Shown here one piece after another: positions 25,101 through 38,117 of a stretch of DNA of 64,000 bases (position 1 is the stretch's first letter; each line of letters starts with the position of its first letter). The notes under the pieces are model-generated. The model saw nothing but the letters and a program-made list of their open reading frames with translations. It searched no databases and had not been told where the DNA came from. Both the position numbers and the translations under genes were made by a program. Origin of the DNA: Balanoglossus misakiensis (Eukaryota > Animalia > Hemichordata); assembly GCA_040954595.2 (NCBI GenBank), contig CM082588.2:7982844-8046843 (forward strand). Direction: 5' to 3'.

Positions 25101-26809
25101 GACAGCACTGTGGATTTAGCGATATTTTCGATAATATTTGTGGTTCAGGTGTTTGGATTGGCGTTCCTTGCTGCACCTGTGATATCCATGTTTTCCAAAC
25201 ATACAACCGAAAGAACTCAAGGTAAATGTAAATCCTCTCATTGTGTACGTTTTTTTTCATAAAGAGGGCGTCCTTCCAGAACATGGCGTCATCTCCAAGG
25301 CCAAGCAGTTGATGCGATAGTCTCGGTTACCCAGACTCCTTCGCGCGGGCTATCGCCAAAGCGAGAGTCTGGGCACATGGCAGCAAAACGACTGTGAAGC
25401 AAGATGGCGACTGCTGGAATTTGACTCAAGCTCTGATTGGCTAGTTCCCAATTTGACCCGGGTCACTAGCTAGCAATGCTGAGTGATTGAGATCCTCCAA
25501 TGATCTTTTCTCTGAGCTGCTCACACGAAAACACCTTCTTTTGCCATCTTTGAATTTTCTGCCTACACTCAAGACAGATGTATGTGTTAAAATTACGTGT
25601 TTCGCCGCTGAGGCTAGCTAGTGACCCGGGTCAAATTGGGGAACTAGCCAATCAGATCTTGAGTCGAATTCCAGCAGTCGCCATCTTGTTTCAGAGTCGT
25701 TTTGAAGCTATGTCCCCAGACTCTCGCTTTGGCGATAGCCCGCACGAAGGAGTCTGGGTAACCGAGACTATTGATGCGAAAACGAGGCCAGTAAGTCGAG
25801 CTCATCTGGTTGGTTCTATATATGATACAATTTGCGCGTGAAAATTACCTTACAATAAAATGTGGCTGTCGAACGTCTTTCCCAACTAAATAGCGACTTT
25901 ATACGCAAAACAAAAATACTGGAAATAAAGGTAAAAGTTACAGCTAATGTCCCTTTAATTGATAGTAAAATAGTTACACGCATGTCTGTGTATTGGTGTA
26001 TTTCAGGATTTTCTCAAGGAATTCGTCGTGCCGTCGCCAGTATTGGCACCATATTAGGACCATTGTGGGCTGGAGGTGCAGTCAGTATGTTACATGTAAA
26101 CATTGGTGTCATTGTCGGATTGGTTGCCTTAATCTGTGTAAGTGGCCATAATTTATCCAACTTCCAAGATCAAATGTGTGTAGAATACTGTAAAACATGT
26201 TATTTTCGACCCTTTCACCCCCAGTTCCCTCTATAGAGGTCCAACCTTACCACGGAAAACAATGGATTTGGACTGAACCATGGTGGTGAAAGGGTTAAAA
26301 GAACTTGCACAATGCATGAATTAGTTGAAATACCCAGTGCAGTAAAACCTGTCAAAACTGGACATCAGATGGACTGAAAATCGTTCAGTCTACTGAGGTG
26401 TCCGGTTTGAGATTCTTAAACATGTAGTTCTGTGTGACAGGAACTCAAAATGGTGTTTGATTTTTAGACAGGTTTTACTGTATTTATTGTATCAAGGGAG
26501 TCATTGTTGTTGCAGACATGTACATCCAGAACTGTAGTTGATATACGAAATGAAAAGTACAAAATAAGTTCTTGCTCATATTCTGCCTATAGACCTTTGC
26601 AAGAAAGATACATGTATACTTTCATGAAGAATTTATTGTGTCTTTCAACTACCACCATTTTCTGGGCGTGTCCATGTTCGCAAATAACTGCACTACGCTG
26701 TTCTGTTTTCCAGGTTATGTTGGCGTTGTCATGGAAGCGAGTGAAGGATCCAGTGAAGTTCTGGTGGGTTGATAAAGATACGGAAAGCAGAAGAAGTGTT
26801 GATCTATGA
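19131..26809 (+). CDS. Major facilitator superfamily transporter, MFSD8-like, ~550 aa, 11 coding exons
   Basis: Exons 19131-19206, 20033-20218, 20825-20887, 21504-21703, 22345-22834, 23212-23285, 23759-23842, 24651-24783, 25102-25221, 26007-26137, 26714-26809. All GT-AG, phases consistent, 1653 nt. Motifs GGIEYAVILPT, GPIFGKWHD (motif A-like), SRLVAGVGSG, QGIRRAVASIGTILGPLWAG, many hydrophobic helices. Confidence 0.92.
20992..21416. mobile_element. Family A element carrying a nested MITE
   Basis: TTAA at 20988-20991 and 21417-21420; inverted arms interrupted at 21213-21329. Confidence 0.85.
21213..21329. mobile_element. Nested pogo/Tigger-like MITE (TA TSD)
   Basis: TA|CAGTCAAACCTGTG...CACAGGTTTGACTG|TA; removing it restores the host motif cactatatatccacatg. 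Confidence 0.88.
21875..22025. mobile_element. CAGTAAAAC-ended Tc1/pogo-type MITE; relatives at 24883-25040 and 26340-26480
   Basis: CAGTAAAACTTGTCTAAACC...GGTTTAGACAGGTTTTACTG|TA. Confidence 0.72.
25318..25770. mobile_element. Foldback non-autonomous DNA transposon with a perfect 9-bp TSD (AcademH- or Mutator-like)
   Basis: TTGATGCGA|TAGTCTCGGTTACCCAGAC...GTCTGGGTAACCGAGACTA|TTGATGCGA; arms ~157 bp. Confidence 0.9.
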
Positions 26810-27025
26810 AGACAGAAAATAGATTCTACTAGATCGGGTTTCTCAACAAAACTATTTGATAAATACAGAGATGGCAGTATTCCACAGCAGACCAAAGTTT
26901 CGATATATTGAGAAAACCTCCAGAAAGACTATTCTATGCCTCTTGAATCAGATATCAGTTTAGTCAAGAACAGTTATGCAGCTCTAGCTATGATCCAATC
27001 TGATTAAAATCAGATGTAGAGTACG

Positions 27026-27317
27026 GCCATGTCTTTTTCTTCGCGGTATGGTATTCTTATGCTGTCACCTCACACTACATCTGACCAACTCCTATAGAAG
27101 CTCCTGTTCAACCTCCTGTTGCAGCCAGGCCAATCAGATTGCATATTACATCGATCAACACTGAAGGATACCTATCGTTCTCTATGAGGCATCTTCTGAT
27201 TGGTTTACTGGCCCAGTAAAGCCAGAGATTTGGAACGGGAGCTTCTATGGGAGTCGGTCAGATGTAGTGTGAGGCGACAGCATAAGAATACCGTACCACG
27301 AAATAAAAGACGTTGGC
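27026..27317. repeat. Inverted repeat (~85-bp arms), probably MITE-derived, in the MFS 3' region
   Basis: gtattcttatgctgtcacctcacactacatctgacc pairs with ggtcagatgtagtgtgaggcgacagcataagaatac; related motifs at ~17730-17912. Confidence 0.75.
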
Positions 27318-27851
27318 ATTGATCTAACATCATGGACAATTCATTAATTCATAAGGCCATCAGACGGGCCTCACACTTTCACTGCATCAGCCTCAGAAAT
27401 GTCTCATTGTATTCTAATGAAATAGAAGTACGACTTTCTCTGTCAGCAGATTACCTAAATACATTGAGACTTTTGTGTACAGTATTGTAACATCACCAAA
27501 ATAATGAAAATGTAATACAAGATGCGATAAACAAAAGTACATGTAAGTCTGTGACTTTGTCAATTGATGTGAGTTGGTACCTACCTCATGATGTCACCAT
27601 TTGACACATACCTATGTGCATATTGGCCAGACCATGGTACAATGGAGTTATTACCCTCAGATATATATATTTCAATGAGATATCCTTTTGTCTATATACC
27701 GGTAGTGCAATGTTCAACTGTGTAGCCTATGAGAAGTATATTTTGATACAGTGAATGTAGAAAATTTGTGAAAAAATTTTAAAACTTGTTTGTTTGCTTT
27801 ACAACCACACAAAACAGGAAGTTGTATGCAAAACTGCAACATCAAGTTAAA

Positions 27852-27936
27852 CCCTTTCACCACAATGGTTCAGTCCAAACCCATTGTTTTCTATGGCACG
27901 GTTGGACCTCTAAAGAGGGAACTGGGGGTGAAAGGG
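27852..27936. mobile_element. piggyBac-like MITE (family P)
   Basis: TTAA a CCCTTTCACC...GGTGAAAGGG|TTAA. Confidence 0.75.
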
Positions 27937-28528
27937 TTAATGCCCCAATGGCATATGTGTAATGTATTAAATTGTTTGATCTCATTGTCCTTAGTTCAAC
28001 AAACAATATAATTTTGAATTTGAATGAGAGTTGTAATCGATGGGTTTGCAAAATTTGACTGTTGCTTTTTCGTATATTTTATCAATGCAACCAACCTTTT
28101 TGTACACATCTGATTTGGATACTATGATAAAAATTTTCATGATGGATTCAAGTACATGTATCCATTGGATATATTTACATGCGTGTTCGTTTGGTAACCC
28201 AGATGCTTTGTTGTGATTACCAATTATGTCAGTGTCTGTGTTTGGAATTCTTGATAAATTAATGAAAGCATCTTAATGAGTAAGCTTTTAAGACCAGTTT
28301 AAAATTTTGCTAAAGAGAGTACGTGTATTTTTGAAATACTGGGATGTAAAAATATAGATATGAGAGGGTTGACATTTTTTTAACCAAAATATTCACAGAT
28401 ATTGAACTTTTGTAACCACTATGTATGTGAATATTGCCGAAGAAATAAATTTTAACAAGAAGTCACAGTGGAACAGTATTGATGAGTAATATCTCTTATT
28501 CCTGTGCGTACATGTATGTGTGTGTGTG

Positions 28529-28970
28529 TGTGACAATGTAGGCTATAGGCCTAATTTATAATTTTTAAAACACTGCCAGAATTACAGGTTCTAACAGAAA
28601 AAAGTCATTTTCATTTCGACATATCAATGGTAAAAGCACGTCTATGCTGTTCATAAAATGACCTAGAGACAAATTACGAGTATATTTGCCGTTGGAGAAA
28701 AATAATACAGCCAGCTATTTTACTGCCTCTATTCCGAACAGTAAAACAAAACGTGATATTTGGACAAATGGGCAAAAATCTCCCTCTGCTGTTAATTTCG
28801 TTCAGTCAACAACCTATGTTGTCTTTGTTTACACATTTGTTCCACTGACAGCACGTTACCTCATTTGTCATCAAAGAATTGTCAAAACCTTCTTTACATG
28901 TGCAAGATATTCGATCATGGTGAAATTATCTGCAGGTCAATGAGTTTTATTTCTCTGTTCATTGTGAATT
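28529..28970 (+). repeat. Segment duplicated at 39699-40160
   Basis: tgtgacaatgt.ggctataggcctaatttataa...ttttatttctctg.tcattgt is colinear at both loci. Confidence 0.85.
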
Positions 28971-29013
28971 CTATCAATTTGGTTTGGTACGTGTAGATGT
29001 CCATGTTGTTTAA

Positions 29014-29242
29014 AGTGAAGTGGTCGTCGCATCGCGTTTGTTTGTTTATAACATTACAATTCATCCACAAATCCCTGAAATTAGATCATTCTTAGAATGA
29101 ACGAAGCAGCCAACCGTAGTCTGGGCATGACAGCAACTGAAGATCCTAGTAGGTCGTGGCAACTGCAGTGGGGTTTGTGCTGGTATGGGAGGACATATTC
29201 TCATCAAAGGGGACACCCACGCAGCACGACCACCCATTCCCT
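29014..29242. mobile_element. Family B element with a single 63-bp unit
   Basis: TTAA|AGTGAAGTGGTCGTCG...CGACCACCCATTCCCT|TTAA; the interior matches 15830-16510. Confidence 0.8.
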
Positions 29243-29979
29243 TTAACTTCTTGAAACATTGTTCAACTCTAAACAATTGTTCATTCTAGATTAAACATTC
29301 AATGAAATATATAGAGATATGTACTTCTAAACAAAGCGAATCATTGTATAGAAAGCTTTACTGGTGGGGCTTTTCAAATAGATAGGGGTCCACACCATTT
29401 ACATACTCTGTGGCAATGTTTTTTGCTCGGGGAAAACCAGGTGTTATTGAAGTAGGCATTCTATGTGGAGGTCGAAAATTGTGAACACTTCTGAGGTTAT
29501 TAATCGTCATTATTTAGTACCCTGTGAGACTTTGTCAATTATTCTTTAATATTCTTGATATCACAGAGAGGTCAAATGGAGCGACTTTGTCCCTTTCATC
29601 AAATGTTTTACTTGCTGCGATCTGTTCATCAGATAGAGTGACTGAGAATATTTTTCAAGCTTTGGCGAAAGCAATTGTATCTCATGTAATTTCACAATTT
29701 AGTTACAGATTTTCCAGAATATTTTCATTAGAATTTTGAGTATATGGACTTTTATTTGTTAAAAAGTCTGAAAATACAGTATATATTTATTATTATTATT
29801 GTACACGTAATTAGGCCTTAGGAATAACACATCTGGTCGAAATTAATCATTAGGCGTAAATTCCAGTTTGGTCCGAGTGTAGAGTCTACATGTCTTGTTT
29901 TCCCAGATACCATATATCACACACAAACAAGTAAATACAACAGTCACGAAGTGAAATTGGTAAGGAAAGCCCTAACTGT

Positions 29980-30515
29980 TCTAACCTTTGTCATGCTGAG
30001 AATCCATCGTTTCAATGTTTACTTGGTGTGAACTATATGGCTCTATAAGCCTTCTAATGAATGTACCTTTCACTTTTTTTCAAATAAATTTTGTACACGC
30101 ATGAAACCCAATAGATTCTACCTTTTACATGCTGCGCAACATCCATACCAGTGTATTTAATTTGTTTGAAATGTTTGGCTCCAGCAGCCTTGTAAACAAT
30201 GTCCTTTCACTTTTTTTTTTAAATAAAGATTGTACACGCATTAAACCCAATAGATTCTACCTTTTACATGCTGCGCAACATCCATACCAGTGTATTTAAT
30301 TTGTTTGAAATGTTTAGCTCCAGCAGCCTTGTAAACAATGTCCTTTCGCTTTTTTTTTAAAATAAAGATTGTACACGCATTCAACCAAAAAAATTGTACC
30401 TTTTGTCTTGCTGAGTAATCATATTAGTGTATTTAATTTGTATGAAATATATGGCTAAAGCAGCTTTCTAATTAATATGATTAATGTACCTGTCATATTT
30501 TCTTCCAAATAAATT
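29980..30515 (+). repeat. Degenerate ~138-bp tandem repeat immediately upstream of FReD-A; homologous arrays precede every FReD copy
   Basis: aaataaa..ttgtacacgcat at ~30083, 30221 and 30360; catgctg and agtgtatttaatttgt recur in each unit. Confidence 0.8.
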
Positions 30516-30817
30516 TGCGAGAACCATTCCTCGTTAACACTGCAGTTTTACTTCGCCCATCAACAGGTTGTGCCGACATCTCAGTACAGAATATCCACTC
30601 ACTAGTAAGTATATTTCACTTATTTCTTTATGTCAGAGCATTCGCCATAAATTCCTCGTTCACGCATATTGCCCTGCCTATTGTGAGAAAAACTTTACCA
30701 GATTTTACAAAATATTAGCAGAAGTCGTTATTTTGTCGTATCTAGTTTATTAATTCTCTATCGAGTGTTTAAATTAATATGAAGTCATATTGTTTTTCTT
30801 TCCAGGTATATTGTAAA

Positions 30818-32698
30818 ATGGAGTTGAAGTTAGTATGGATGACATTCGTACTATTACTGGTAGTACCCGACAATGTGTTACTCACAGACGAAGTTGGTTA
30901 GTATTCATATTCCTCCACTGATACATCAGAGTGCCTGTCCATTGTGAGGGTGCGATAACCATAAATCCAAGATCCTTTATTATGCCAAATAATGACGTCA
31001 TGTTTGACCCATAGAACTGATACGCAAAGCAAAGCAGAGAATAGGCCAGAAGGAAATTAAATGGCCAGAAGGCAAATGTATGTGAATTAAGCATACCTTA
31101 TTATATACATTTGTGTCGGAAATTGATAGCAAATTGTACGAAACAAAGATAAAGTAGAAGGTCAACCTAAATGCAACACTTCTGAGCATATTTTCGTTTG
31201 CCTTTATAACAGTGCAAACCTGAAGTTTAGAGAATTATTCCTGTCGCTTCATGCGTTATGTGGAGCAGTTCTCTTATTCCTGCCACATCAATTTTATCAA
31301 TAGTTTTTATAATCATCATACTTTTCTCATGTTAAATATGTACGTTCCGGACTTGATTAGTTAATTTTATCTAAGCGTCAATAATGATTCAGAGACAATG
31401 ATTGTATTTTAGAAAGTTGGAAACCAAAGGATTGCTATGATATTCGCCAGTTGAACAAAGAAGCCCTAAGTGGTGTATACTCTGTGCACCCAATGGACAC
31501 CGAAAATTCATATGAAGACTTTAAAGTCTATTGTGATATGGAGACAGATAACGGAGGGTGGACGGTATGTATAGAACAGCTAGCGAAGCAAGACTATAGT
31601 ATTGTTTCCTTAATTAAAAATAAACTGTTACTTTGAGGAAAAATATGACACGTTAATTTAATTTGTATTCAACGGCTATGATAGATAGTCTGATACAATT
31701 GATCAGATTACTTTTGCTTGTTTTTATCTTTTTTTTTTTTTGGAATTCAACTAATTTCTTGATTGCTTTTTGTTCAATTGAATGTAATCGATTTTAGTCT
31801 GGTGTTGATGGTTTTCATGATATCACACGATTTCCTTTAATTCTAAGGTATTTCAAAGAAGACTTGATGGTCGCTTAGATTTCTACCGTTATTGGAGTGA
31901 CTACAAGAATGGATTTGGTTCTCCTGCTGCTGAGTTCTGGCTAGGAAATGATAAGCTGTATCGATTAACAAGTCAACGGACTTATGAACTCAGAATCGAC
32001 ATGGAAGACTTTGATGATGAAACTCGATACGCAAAATATGACATGTTCGCCATTGGGGATGAATTCAGTAAATATAAACTGACTTTTGGAGAATATACCG
32101 GAAACGCAGGTAGGTTGACATTTGTTTCACCTGCATACAAACGTATCTCGCAACATTCCTGTACTATTGCACGTCAGTGTGATATTAATGCAGGTTTGAG
32201 CGTATTATGTCATTCTAATTCAAATGGGATAGGCAACATTTGGTGGGCAGAAATTTCCTTGTCATAAAGTAATTTTCAGTGAGGAATCCTATGCAACATG
32301 GAAATATGTTATCACACTTCCTTGATTCTTATTTATTTACGGCAGCTTACAAGTGAAACCCATTACATGTAACAGAGTCATTAGCAACTTGGCTTAATAA
32401 AATGATGAATAAAGTTTTTTCTTCCTCTTGTATGTTAACTACAGGAAACAGTCTCGACGTGCACAGAAACCAATATTTTTCAACCAGAGATAGGGACAAT
32501 GATGAATATTCATCAGTGGACTGTGCTGAGACGTACACTGGGGCATGGTGGTACAAGAATTGTCATGACTCCAATTTGAATGGTCAGTACCTTGGTGGAG
32601 AGACAGAAGAATTCGCCACAGGGATTACTTGGAGAGCATGGAAAGGGTATTACTACTCTTTGAAGAAAACTGAGATGAAAATAAGACCTGTCTTCTAA
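30818..32698 (+). CDS. Secreted single-domain fibrinogen-related protein FReD-A (ficolin/tachylectin-5/MFAP4-like), 248 aa
   Basis: Exons 30818-30896 (signal peptide MELKLVWMTFVLLLVVP), 31413-31564, 31848-32109, 32445-32698. Motifs VYCDMETDNGGWTVFQRR, EFWLGND, FSTRDRDND, GAWWY..C..SNLNG, EMKIRP. Non-coding exon donor at 30604. Confidence 0.93.
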
Positions 32699-33058
32699 CA
32701 AAGTGAATTACTCTACCCACAGGCAGAATATGTTAACTTCACTTTTTGTTCAAAGGAAGCTCACATTAATTCTGAAATTAAATATATTAAGAAACATCAG
32801 CGATTAAGAGAATTGTGCTTCAAAATGTAGAAAACATTATATATCGGTAGTTGTCAAATAAAGTTAAGCAATCGAAATAGCTGAAATTATTGTAAATGTT
32901 TTATTTTCAACCCCAGACAAATAAAAGAGAAACAATATGCTCAGAAGTATTAATGAGGCATAAGGGATTTCAACTAGTATGACATTTACTCTGATATTCA
33001 CCCTCCCCCCAAAATTGTAAACAGAAGTGGTGTTCGAGGCGTTTGGTGTTGTGCCCAA

Positions 33059-33397
33059 AGGGACAAAGTCTCTCCCACGCTGCCCCTTTTCCATTAATTA
33101 TGTTTGATACAAAACACTGTTTATGTTATTCTACATGTGGATATATAGTGAATTAACATTCAACCACAAACAACTTCTATCCCACTTATAGACACGAGAG
33201 TGAAATACTGACACCACAATGAATAATCGGTCTCTACCATTTATTCATTTTGGAGCTTTTACTATCATATCCTTCAAACGGGATGGAAGTTGTGGGTGGT
33301 TGAACGTTGATTCACTTTATCCACATTTAGAATAACATAAATAGTATCTTGTATCAAACAATTGATGAAAAAAGGGCACACGAGAGACTTTGTCCCT
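33059..33397. mobile_element. Family A element downstream of FReD-A
   Basis: AGGGACAAAG...CTTTGTCCCT|TTAA; same position after FReD-B, C and D. Confidence 0.8.
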
Positions 33398-35151
33398 TTA
33401 ATGCATACACGTCTGCCACTGGTCCTCTAGTGGTTCATGCTGATATTATTTCGTTGGAATAATACATGTGACAAGAAAGAGTTGTGACGTACTATACGTC
33501 TGGGGAGAAATTATGAGCAAAGTTCTGGGGGAGAGAGATGCAGCTGTTGACCTTTGAACCACTTCATTCAACAGCAACCGCAAAACAGGTCACACTAGCA
33601 CAATGCCCCCAGCAAAAATTAACAATTTCTTTTGGCCGATAGAAGGCATATCATTGGTCAATTAACTAGGACTCTGATTGGGCGAAACTACGCGGATCTG
33701 ATTGGCTGAAAAGTACAGAGCTGGTCAGAGTTTTTATCAACAGTTCATCTCTGATAAGAGCTGTGGAATGCTTCAACTATCATGGCCTTTGCACATGTGT
33801 ATACGGTAGACTGTTCCAGTTTGCCTAGCCTGCAGTTCCCTCCATATACTTTCTAGTTTTTGAAACTTCCGGATCCCTGTATCTCATTCATGCAGAGACA
33901 CACATGCCTACTAATTAATACTCTTACAAATGGCATTGCATGACAGGCAATTCTGATACAGTTATTAGAACATCTCCCATAATACATGTGTCCATCACCG
34001 ATGATGGCGTTGTCCGTGATGGTAGCCTGCAGGGTCCCCTGCCCCATCCCCCGCCGCTGGCTGCGCTGTTCAAGGGACGGACTGTCACATGACTTCAGTC
34101 ACATAATACAAAGGTAATGTACCAATATCGCCGAGACCATCATGGCGGCTACAAACCTATGAACTGAAATATGCAGGTGCGAGACCAAATGTTCTAACCT
34201 TTGTCGTGCTGAGAACCGTCTGCATGGCTGTTTACTTGGTGCGAAATGTGAGGCTCTATCAGCCTTCCACTGACAGTATCTTTCATTAGTATTTAAAATA
34301 AATTGTGTATACTCGCATCAAACCAAATATATTCTACCACTGTCATGCTGAGAAACCCCTGTATTAGTGTATTTAATTTGTTTGATATGTTTGGCGCTAG
34401 CAATGTCCTGTAATTATTTTTCAGATAAAGTTTGTACATGCATTCAGCCAAATAAATTGTACTTAAGTCATCCCAAGCAACGTTAGTATTAGTTCGTTTA
34501 ATTTGTTTGAAATAATGCGCCCTGCAGCCTTCTAATTAATATAATTAATGTACCTGTCATTTTTTCTTCCAAATAAATTTGCGAGAACCATTCCTCGTTA
34601 ACACTGCAGTTTTACTTCGCCCATCAACAGGTTGTGCCGACACCTCAGTACAGAACATCCATTCACTGGTAAGTATTATATTTCACTTATTCCTTTATGT
34701 TAGGGCGTGTGCTAGGCTATTTCATGCATATTGCCTTGCCTGTTGTGAGAAACACTTTACCAGTTCTCTAGTGGTGCACACAACGCCTTGTAAAATAATG
34801 CAACAATTCTATCGGCACTGAACCAGTATTGTCCTTTAAACGAATATATTGACAAAGTAATGACAGAGAGCATAATATTAAGCTTACTAATATTTCTGCT
34901 GCAGTAAATTGCATGATTCAACAAACTTTTACCTGTGATCAATATTAGTCATGTGTCTGCCTACACGTGAGGTTGACAGTATTTTCCCGGAAATGTCCAA
35001 AGTTGAATAGCATCCTCCAAGACTTATACAAACGTAATTTCATTGTGTATAACATCTTTATTTAAGCACCACCGTTTATTAACTCTCTATCAAGTGTTGA
35101 AATTAATATGAATTCACATTGGTTTTTTTCTCCCTGTAGGTACATTGTAAA

Positions 35152-37772
35152 ATGGAGTTGAAGATGGTATGGATGACATTCGTACTATTACTGGTACTAC
35201 CCGACGATGTGTTACTCACAGATGAAGTTGGTCAGTATTCTGATACTAGCTTTTCGTACTGAGGTTGTACATGTACTAGAGTGCCTATCCATTGTGAGGG
35301 CATGATTCCGAGGTCCTTTATTATGCCAAATATCAAGACTGTACATTATTTTTAATCATAAGCTTAGACGTATGCCTTATGGAATAACAACTTGTTAAAA
35401 AAATCTTCTCATAGGTTTTGGAGATAAGCATGCACAATAGAGCGGTATAGTTACACATAAATACGCGTATGTCTGTCAGCAGGCAGTGGCGTTCGTGTAT
35501 GCGTAGTGACGCGTGAATTTTGCGGTTTAGTTGTCTGTTTTGAATAACAAAAATATTTAAAAACAATAGAAAATTCAAATATTTTTCACTTCAATAAATT
35601 TTGTGTGTGATGAATATTCTCTAAGATCCCCACCCTTGCAATAAGTTTCTTGACTGCAGTGGAAATTTAGTTTAGTGAAGCTTTCCGATGTCTTTGTTGA
35701 GGCGTCCACTGAAAACGTAGCATAGGAATAATTTTTTTGTGCTCATCTTTTGAAAACACCAAATACTGCCAGTTTTAGCACATATGGCAGAAATTTTTCA
35801 GATTACACGGATAATGGCTACATCACAATTGCACTTCAGAGATCAATCGCTCAAATTAAAATAAGAATATCGAGAAATTAAAAAAAAAATATTACACGTA
35901 ATCATGATTACGCGTAGAAGCGTCGCTTGCCGTTCCGAACGTCTGCTCTACACGTACGCGACGTCTGCTTATCGCGTACTGATCGAACGTATTTACATGT
36001 AACTAAACCTCTCTAATGATAGCCAAACTTTATCACTGTTTGTTCAGATTCAGAAAAGGATGTCCACAACTCGTTGTTGACTGATGTCAATAATGACGTT
36101 ATGTATGACCCATAGAATTAATACGCAAAGCATAGATTAAAAGAGAAAGAACACTATGTGAAATGAAGCAGACCTTATTAAATATAATAGCAATTGTACT
36201 AAATACAGATAAAGAATAAGGTCCACCTAAATGCACCACTTCTGAGCGTAGTGTTTTTGCGTTTTCATGATTGATTTTCATGATTGCGTTTTCATGATTG
36301 ATGAAAGTGCAAACGTGAACATTATTTCTGAACAGGAGCATTATTCCTGTCGCTTCATGAATTACATGGAGCAGTTCTTTCATAATCGCCACATCAATTT
36401 TATTAATAGTTTTTATAATCATCATACTTCTCCCATGTTAAATATGTATGTTTCGGACTTGATTAGTTAATTTTATCTAAGCGTCAATAATGATTGTATT
36501 TTAGAAAGTTGGAAACCAAAGGATTGCTATGATATTTATCAGTTGAACAAAGAAGCCCTAAGTGGTGTATACTCTGTGCAACCAATGGTCATCGAAAATT
36601 CATATGAAGACTTCAAAGTCTACTGTGATATGGAGACAGATAACGGAGGGTGGACGGTATGTATAGAACAGCCAGCGAAGCAAGAATATAGTATTGTTTC
36701 CTTAATTAAAAATAAACATGACACGTTAATTTAATTTGTATTCAAAGGCTATGATAGATAGTCTGATACAATTGATCAGATTACTTTTGCTAGTTTTTAT
36801 CTTTTTTTTTTGGAATTCAACTATTTCTTGATTGCTTTTTGTTCAATTGAATGTAATTCATTTTTAGTCTGGTGTTGATGGTTTTCATGATATCACACGA
36901 TTTCCTTTTTAATTCTAAGGTATTTCAAAGAAGACTCGATGGTCGCTTAGATTTCTACCGTTATTGGAGTGACTACAAGAATGGATTCGGGTCTCCTGCT
37001 GCTGAGTTCTGGCTAGGAAATGACAAGCTGTATCGATTAACAAGTCAACGGACTTACGAACTCAGAATCGACATGGAAGACTTTGATGATGAAACTGGAT
37101 ATGCAAAATATGACACATTCGCCATTGGGGATGAATTCAGTAAATATAAACTGACTCTTGGAGAATATACAGGAAACGCAGGTAGGTTGATATTTGTTTC
37201 ACCTGCATACAAACGTATCTCGCAACATTCCTGTACTATTGCACGTCAGTGTGATATTCATGCAGGTTTAAGCGTATTATGTCATTCTAATTCAAATGGG
37301 ATAGGCAACATTTGGTGGGCAGAAATTTCCTTGTCATAAAGTAATGTTCAGAGAGGAATCCTATGCAACATGGAAATATGTTATCACACTTCCTTGATTC
37401 TTATTTATTTACTGCAGCGTACAAGTGAAACCCATATTACATGTAACAGTGTCATTAACAACTTGGCTTAATAAAATGATGAATAAATTGTTTTCTTCCT
37501 CTTGTATGTTAACTACAGGAAATAGTCTCAATGTTCACAGAAACCAATATTTTTCAACCAGAGATAGGGACAATGATATACATGATACTACGAACTGTGC
37601 TGAGTCGTACACTGGGGCATGGTGGTACATTAATTGTCATGACTCCAATTTGAATGGTCAGTACCTTGGTGGAGAGACAGCACTGCACGCCAAAGGGATA
37701 GTTTGGGAAACATGGAAAGGGAATGCCTACTCTTTGAAGAAAACCGAGATGAAAATAAGACCTGTCTTCTAA
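35152..37772 (+). CDS. Fibrinogen-related protein FReD-B, 248 aa
   Basis: Exons 35152-35230, 36505-36656, 36920-37181, 37519-37772; same motifs and phases as FReD-A. Confidence 0.93.
35439..36014. mobile_element. TIR element with 3-bp TSD (PIF/Harbinger- or ISL2EU-like) in FReD-B intron; truncated copy in FReD-D (~46516-47018), related sequence in FReD-E
   Basis: AAT|AGAGCGGTATAGTTACA...TGTAACTAAACCTCTCT|AAT. Confidence 0.7.
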
Positions 37773-38117
37773 CAAAGTGAACACTACCCACAGGCAGAAT
37801 ATGATAACTTCACTTTTGTTCAAAGGAAGCACACATTAATTCTGAAATTAAAACATCAGTGATTAAGATAATTGTGCTTCAAAATGTAGAAAACATTATA
37901 TATCGGTAGCTGTCAAATAAAGTTAAGCAATCGAAATAGCTGAAATTGTTGTAATTGTTTTAATTTCAACCCCAGACAAATAAAAGAGAAACAATATGCT
38001 CAGAAGTATTAATGAGGCATAAGGGATTTCAACTAGTATGACATTTACTCTGATATTCATCCTGCCTCCAAAATTGTAAACAGAAGTGGTGTTCGAGGCG
38101 TTTGGTGTTGTGCTTAA

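Noticed and set aside
32864-33094. Recurrent ORFs MEKGQRGRDFVP / LKGQSLSLAA / MREPFLVNTA
   Set aside because: Translations of family A transposon ends and duplicated UTR sequence; no domain, and lengths vary.
33853-34047. 64-aa minus-strand ORF MGQGTLQATITDN repeated at 44949 and 49732
   Set aside because: Recurrence reflects recent segmental duplication. The copy at ~38950-39124 is disrupted by an insertion, and the start overlaps a TE-like terminus (GGTCCCCTGCCCCAT, also at 10381).
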